Assembly (NCBI GenBank): GCA_966211735.1
Contig: CBIHQO010000001.1
Location: 1-32,133, forward strand
Origin: an uncultured Schlesneria sp.
GTDB lineage: Bacteria; Planctomycetota; Planctomycetia; Planctomycetales; Planctomycetaceae
Direction: 5' to 3'
Length of the DNA stretch: 32,133 nucleotides
The notes under the pieces are model-generated. The model saw nothing but the letters and a program-made list of their open reading frames with translations. It was not told where the DNA came from and did no database searches. Shown here one piece after another: positions 27,573 through 32,133 of the stretch. Made by a program: the position numbers and the translations under genes. Numbering within the stretch: position 1 is the stretch's first letter; each line of letters opens with the position of its first letter.

Positions 27573-27687
27573 TCCCACGTCACTGCTGAGCAGCGACGCC
27601 GCCAATCTCGCCGAGTGCCGTTCACCAGGAAGATGCTCTGGTCCGAGCTGCGGTGACAGATGAAATTGCGATTCTGCAACGAGGTGC

Positions 27688-27715
27688 TTGACTCCTCAGA
27701 CAATATACCTCTAAT
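27688..27715 (+). promoter_or_regulatory. Candidate sigma70-type promoter for the DUF1549 operon
   Basis: TTGACT-N16-TCTAAT, about 40 nt upstream of ATG 27755. Confidence 0.4.
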
Positions 27716-27754
27716 GGTAGTTGTCTTGAGCCGTTCGCGCGCCGGAAGCAAGTC

Positions 27755-29353
27755 ATGTCACTTTCCTCCAAAATCTCGTGTCTCTCTCTCGCGTTCGTGG
27801 TGATGTGGGGTTCGCTGCCCGCTGATGCGGACGATGCCACGGAATTGGCGCGAAGGATTGATCAACAGCTTGACGCCCGTTGGACTTCGGACAGGATTGT
27901 TCCGGCAGACCGAGCTGATGACGCCGAATTCTTGCGGCGAGTCTCGCTGCATATCGGCGGGGTCATTCCCACCGTCTCTGATGCCAGACGATTCATCCGT
28001 GACGAGGCGACCGATAAGCGGGCAACGCTGGTTGCCGAACTCCTTGAGAGTCCGCAGTACCTGACCAACTTCAGTCATTTCTGGCGTCAGGTCATGATGC
28101 CCGAAGGAGACTCCGACCTGCAGGCTCGGGCGCAGTTACCAGGCTTCGAAGGATGGCTACGACAACATCTCGCCAAGAACTCGCACTACGATGCCATCGT
28201 CCGAGAACTGTTAACGGTTCCGCTCGACACCGGTCGTGCGATGAATTCACCCCTCGACGGCATGGGGACTGTGTCTCCCCTGGCATTCTTTCAGTCGAAG
28301 CAGGTGAAGCCCGAGAATCTGGCTGCGGCGACATCGCGAATGTTCCTTGGGCTACGAATTGAATGTGCCCAGTGCCACGATCACCCTCAGGATGTCTGGA
28401 AGCGACAGCAGTTCTGGGGGTACGCGGCGTTCTTCGCGGGCATCGAACGCGTTGACCGCAACGAGGAATTCGTTGGCCGAGTGAAGGAAGTGTTCGATCG
28501 TCGGGAACTGACGATTCCAGATCCCGAAGTTGATCGTGTGGTTCAAGCGACATTCCTTGATGGTTCATCACCGCAGTGGCGAACACGAGTTTCCTCGCGC
28601 CGTGAATTGGCAGACTGGATCACATCCAAGAAGAACCCGTTTTTCGCGCGAGCGACAGTGAATCGCTTGTGGGGACATTTCTTCGGTATTGGATTCGTCA
28701 ATCCTGTCGACGACTTCAGCGGAACCAACACACCCAGCCATCCTGAATTATTGGATGAAATCGCTGCGAATTTCGCGGCGCATGACTTCGACCTGAAATA
28801 TCTGATTCGAGCGATTACTCAAACGAAGGCGTATCAGCTTTCCAGCCGCCGGACGAATGAGAGTCAGGACAATCCGCAGCAGTTTGCTCGGATGACGGTG
28901 CAGGGACTGACTGCCGAACAACTGTTCGATAGCTTGGCGACAGCCGTCGGCTTTTTTGAACCGACTCAACAACAGAATGCATTCGTGTTCGGCCAGACCG
29001 GCCCCCGAATCGAGTTTCTTGAATTGTTTGCACCGGACAACAATTCCGCGACTGAGCGTCAAACGAGCATCCTGCAGGCCTTGGCTTTGATGAACGGCCA
29101 GTTCACGACAACCGCCACCAATCTCGAAAACAGCGCGACGCTCGCCGCAGTGACAGAATTCCCTTTGATGAAAGATGCGGACCGCATCGAAGCATTGTAT
29201 CTGGCTGCCTTGTCACGGAAGCCTCGACCAGAGGAATTGGACAGGCTCACGAAATATGTTGCCTCGGGCGGCCCCTCGAAAAACGAGAAGGCGGCGCTGG
29301 CCGATGTTTTCTGGGCGCTGCTCAATAGCTCCGAGTTCCTCTTCAATCATTAG
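27755..29353 (+). CDS. DUF1549 (PSCyt2) + DUF1553 (PSD1) domain protein
   Basis: Signal peptide, DDAEFLRRVSL, FLGLRIECAQCHDHP (CxxCH), NPFFARATVNRLW, PSHPELLD, and C-terminal WALLNSSEFLFNH. Confidence 0.92.
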   Translation: MSLSSKISCLSLAFVVMWGSLPADADDATELARRIDQQLDARWTSDRIVPADRADDAEFLRRVSLHIGGVIPTVSDARRFIRDEATDKRATLVAELLESPQYLTNFSHFWRQVMMPEGDSDLQARAQLPGFEGWLRQHLAKNSHYDAIVRELLTVPLDTGRAMNSPLDGMGTVSPLAFFQSKQVKPENLAAATSRMFLGLRIECAQCHDHPQDVWKRQQFWGYAAFFAGIERVDRNEEFVGRVKEVFDRRELTIPDPEVDRVVQATFLDGSSPQWRTRVSSRRELADWITSKKNPFFARATVNRLWGHFFGIGFVNPVDDFSGTNTPSHPELLDEIAANFAAHDFDLKYLIRAITQTKAYQLSSRRTNESQDNPQQFARMTVQGLTAEQLFDSLATAVGFFEPTQQQNAFVFGQTGPRIEFLELFAPDNNSATERQTSILQALALMNGQFTTTATNLENSATLAAVTEFPLMKDADRIEALYLAALSRKPRPEELDRLTKYVASGGPSKNEKAALADVFWALLNSSEFLFNH

Positions 29354-29381
29354 GCTACGGTCTGGCATCAATGGAGATCCC

Positions 29382-30719
29382 ATGACAGCACTCACTCGTC
29401 GCGATCTACTTCGGCTGTCCGCCTGCGGGACGTTTGGAGCGTCGATGTCGCGTTGGATGCCGGCGTTTGCGGCCGAGGCAGCGACCGCGCCGACGCGAAA
29501 GAAATCGGTGATCTTGTTGTGGATGACCGGCGGGCCACCACAAACAGACACCTTCGACATGAAGCCCGGCCACGAGAACGGTGGGCAGTTCAAAGCGATC
29601 GATTCGTCGGTGTCAGGGATCCAAGTGTGCGAGCACTTGCCGCAGCTTGCCAAACTGATGGAACACTGTGTCCCGATTCGCTCGATGAGTACCAAAGAGG
29701 GTGATCATACGCGCGGGACCTACCTGATGCGCACTGGTAACCTGCCGACGGGGCCTATTCACTATCCCACGATGGGATCGTTGCTGAGCAAGGAACTGGG
29801 TTCCGAAAGCGCCGACCTCCCGAACTTTGTCGCTGTCGCTCCGTATACACAGTTCAGCCCCGGCGCATACGGGCCCGGGTTTTTCGGGCCGAAGTATGCC
29901 CCGCTCGTGGTTGGCGACGGCAACCGAGTCGGCCCTGGCGCAGCGAGGATGAATTATGATCAATCGTTGAGTGTCAAAAACTTGGAGACGGCCTCTGGTA
30001 TCAACGAGTATCGTGCCGATGCTCGCCTGGCGTTACTGGGCGATCTGGAAGCGGATTTCGCCAGCCAGCGACCAGGCCTGGTCACCGATAGCCACCGCGA
30101 AGCGTACTTGGCGGCCGTGCGGATGATGCGGTCCGAGTCAGTCAAAGCATTTCACCTCGACACTGAACCCGACAAACTTCGTGATGCCTATGGTCGCAAT
30201 CAGTTTGGTCAGGCCTGTCTGTTGGCCAGGCGACTGGTAGAGCGGGGTGTTCCGTTTGTGGAAGTCTCGCTGAATGGCGTCTCGAACAATCAGACGTTTG
30301 CCTGGGATACTCACCAGCAAAACTTCATGGCGGTCAAAGGTCTGCTGGGAGTCCTCGATCCGGCGTGGGCCACATTGGTGAAAGACTTGAAGGATCGTGG
30401 ACTGCTGGATTCAACGCTCATTGTCTGGATGGGTGAGTTCGGTCGGACGCCCAAAATCAATCCGCAGGTGGGCCGCGATCATTTTCCCGCAGCCTGGACC
30501 ACAGTCCTGTGCGGAGGCGGTATCAAAGGAGGTCAGGTTGTTGGTAAGACGAGCCCAGACGGGATGAAAGTCGATGATCGCCCCGTCTCCGTTTCGGATC
30601 TCTTCGCGACGTTGTGCCATGCTGTCGGCGTGGATCCCATGAAGCAAAACCTTTCCAATGTGGGGCGTCCGATTCGCCTGGCTGATCCCATGGCGAAACC
30701 AATCACCGAGATCCTGTGA
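29382..30719 (+). CDS. DUF1501 domain protein with twin-arginine (Tat) signal
   Basis: GGAG RBS and start MTALTRRDLL; LWMTGGPPQTDTFDMKP, CLLARRLVERGVPFVEV, WDTH, VWMGEFGRTPKIN and GRDHFP. Confidence 0.93.
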   Translation: MTALTRRDLLRLSACGTFGASMSRWMPAFAAEAATAPTRKKSVILLWMTGGPPQTDTFDMKPGHENGGQFKAIDSSVSGIQVCEHLPQLAKLMEHCVPIRSMSTKEGDHTRGTYLMRTGNLPTGPIHYPTMGSLLSKELGSESADLPNFVAVAPYTQFSPGAYGPGFFGPKYAPLVVGDGNRVGPGAARMNYDQSLSVKNLETASGINEYRADARLALLGDLEADFASQRPGLVTDSHREAYLAAVRMMRSESVKAFHLDTEPDKLRDAYGRNQFGQACLLARRLVERGVPFVEVSLNGVSNNQTFAWDTHQQNFMAVKGLLGVLDPAWATLVKDLKDRGLLDSTLIVWMGEFGRTPKINPQVGRDHFPAAWTTVLCGGGIKGGQVVGKTSPDGMKVDDRPVSVSDLFATLCHAVGVDPMKQNLSNVGRPIRLADPMAKPITEIL

Positions 30720-30755
30720 CCGTGCGCGCGGCAAGAACGAAATGGATCGGCCTCT

Positions 30756-32133
30756 ATGAAAGTCGGCTTACTTCCACTGCTGCTGTTTGCGGCCAGCACC
30801 GCATTTGCAGGCCAACCCCCTACGGAATCGTACAAAGTCATGTACCTTTCCGAATCGGGGATCATCGTGCTGCAGATGTCGATCCTGATCGACGGAGAAG
30901 GTCCGCAGGGAGGTTTTGAAAAGGCGGTGGAGGGACTGCTGCTGAGCCTCGATAAGAACAACGACGGAGTCGTGACAACGGATGAAGCGCGGGGAAAGAT
31001 CCTGACGGCGCGTGAAGCTCGGCAGATGCAACTAGCCGCCGCTGATGGTAATGCCGCCGATGCGTCGCCCGATGTCAGTCCCAAGGACGGAAAGATCACG
31101 CGAAGCGAATTACTGAGCTACTTCAAGCGAATTGGGGTCTTTCCCTTCGTTGTGAAATTCCAATCTCGGACCGCCAATATTGATCCCAATGCGAACGGGA
31201 TGGCAAACCAAACAGGCGAAGTCCCCTTGTTCCAGAAGTTGGACGCCAACGAGGACAAGAAACTGTCTGTCGAAGAATTAGCGAACGCGCTGGAGGTGCT
31301 TCGGAAGTTGGATCGCGACAATGACGAGACGATCAGCATCGCCGAATTGCAACCGCTGGCAGCGCAGCCGAGGCCTGTTGCCCGAGCAGCGATGAACAAT
31401 CCACCACCAGCCAACAATCCTTTCGTCAGCGTCTCCAGTGGCGAATCGTTGCCGAAGCTGATTCGGCGAATTGTCGACAAGTATGACAGTGCCGACTCGG
31501 CAAAGTCGGGTGTTCCCGTGCAGTCGGCGAAGAATCAAAAACTCAGCCCGCTCGAACTGGGGATGGCCGATGCCGAATTTGTGAAGTACGACGTTGACGG
31601 AGATGGACAACTCGATTTTACCGAACTACGGCAATTGGTTTCAGAACTCGAAACGTCCGTCGAACTCATACTGAATTTGACAACTGGCAACGTTGAAGGT
31701 GTCGGAGCCTCGGCCAGCAAGATTCGTACGACCGCAGACGGGGGGGCTCATCTGCAATTCGGGGCGGCTCAAGTCAGCGTCTCTGCCATATCACCCCCCG
31801 CAAAAACGGATCCAGAGCTTTCGATCAAGCCACTGTTTATGGCTGTCGACGTCGATGCGAATGGTTATCTCGAGAAATCGGAAGCTCCGGATAGCGCTCT
31901 CTTCGGCGCGACCTTTGCCGATCTGGATGCGGATAAGAACGGCAAGCTCTATCTGGAAGAAATCGTCGGTTACTTGGAACCGCGGGTGACTGTCGCGAGT
32001 CACCGTGTGGAACTTTCAATCGTTGAACAGGGGCGCACGCTGTTTGACATTTTAGATTCAGATCGCGATGGACGACTGGCGCATCGCGAAGTGCGCAGCG
32101 TGGCCGATAAGCTTGCCTTATGGGATGCGGATG
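30756..32133 (+). CDS. Exported multi-EF-hand protein, 3'-truncated by the window and absent from the ORF track
   Basis: Manual translation from ATG 30756 gives signal MKVGLLPLLLFAASTAFA, then loops DKNNDGVVTTDE, DANEDKKLSVEE, DRDNDETISIAE, DVDGDGQLDFTE, DVDANGYLEKSE, DADKNGKLYLEE and DSDRDGRLAHRE. The frame is still open at the window end. Confidence 0.85.
   Translation, partial: MKVGLLPLLLFAASTAFAGQPPTESYKVMYLSESGIIVLQMSILIDGEGPQGGFEKAVEGLLLSLDKNNDGVVTTDEARGKILTAREARQMQLAAADGNAADASPDVSPKDGKITRSELLSYFKRIGVFPFVVKFQSRTANIDPNANGMANQTGEVPLFQKLDANEDKKLSVEELANALEVLRKLDRDNDETISIAELQPLAAQPRPVARAAMNNPPPANNPFVSVSSGESLPKLIRRIVDKYDSADSAKSGVPVQSAKNQKLSPLELGMADAEFVKYDVDGDGQLDFTELRQLVSELETSVELILNLTTGNVEGVGASASKIRTTADGGAHLQFGAAQVSVSAISPPAKTDPELSIKPLFMAVDVDANGYLEKSEAPDSALFGATFADLDADKNGKLYLEEIVGYLEPRVTVASHRVELSIVEQGRTLFDILDSDRDGRLAHREVRSVADKLALWDAD

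Overview
A gene-dense, GC-rich bacterial chromosomal window, most likely from a planctomycete. This is inferred from the DUF1549/DUF1553 + DUF1501 pair, the barrel-less Secretin_N protein, the excisionase-HTH response regulator and several exported EF-hand/FG-GAP proteins. In order it contains: the end of a DUF1573-like gene; a minus-strand run of metX, metW, a secreted hypothetical protein and a PlsC-type acyltransferase, with REP-like hairpins between metX and metW; an FG-GAP/BNR sialidase-like fusion; a solitary, degenerate NuoN-like gene; a four-gene signalling operon (CHASE3-GAF-HK-3xREC, CheR, CheB, REC-HK-REC) with no chemoreceptor; a four-gene operon (Fe-ADH, PQQ-type beta-propeller, HemN-like radical SAM, chorismate-lyase-like); an HTH-REC regulator with hairpin-rich flanks; an EF-hand protein divergent from a large Secretin_N-repeat protein; and DUF1549/1553, DUF1501 and a multi-EF-hand gene running off the end. 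I found no tRNA, rRNA, CRISPR array or transposase. The best candidates for uncharacterised biology are the ADH/propeller/radical-SAM/chorismate-lyase operon, the NuoN paralogue lacking its channel lysines, CheR/CheB possibly acting on a histidine-kinase coiled coil, and the FG/RGG-rich barrel-less secretin-like protein. All family calls come from motif recognition by eye, not from database searches.
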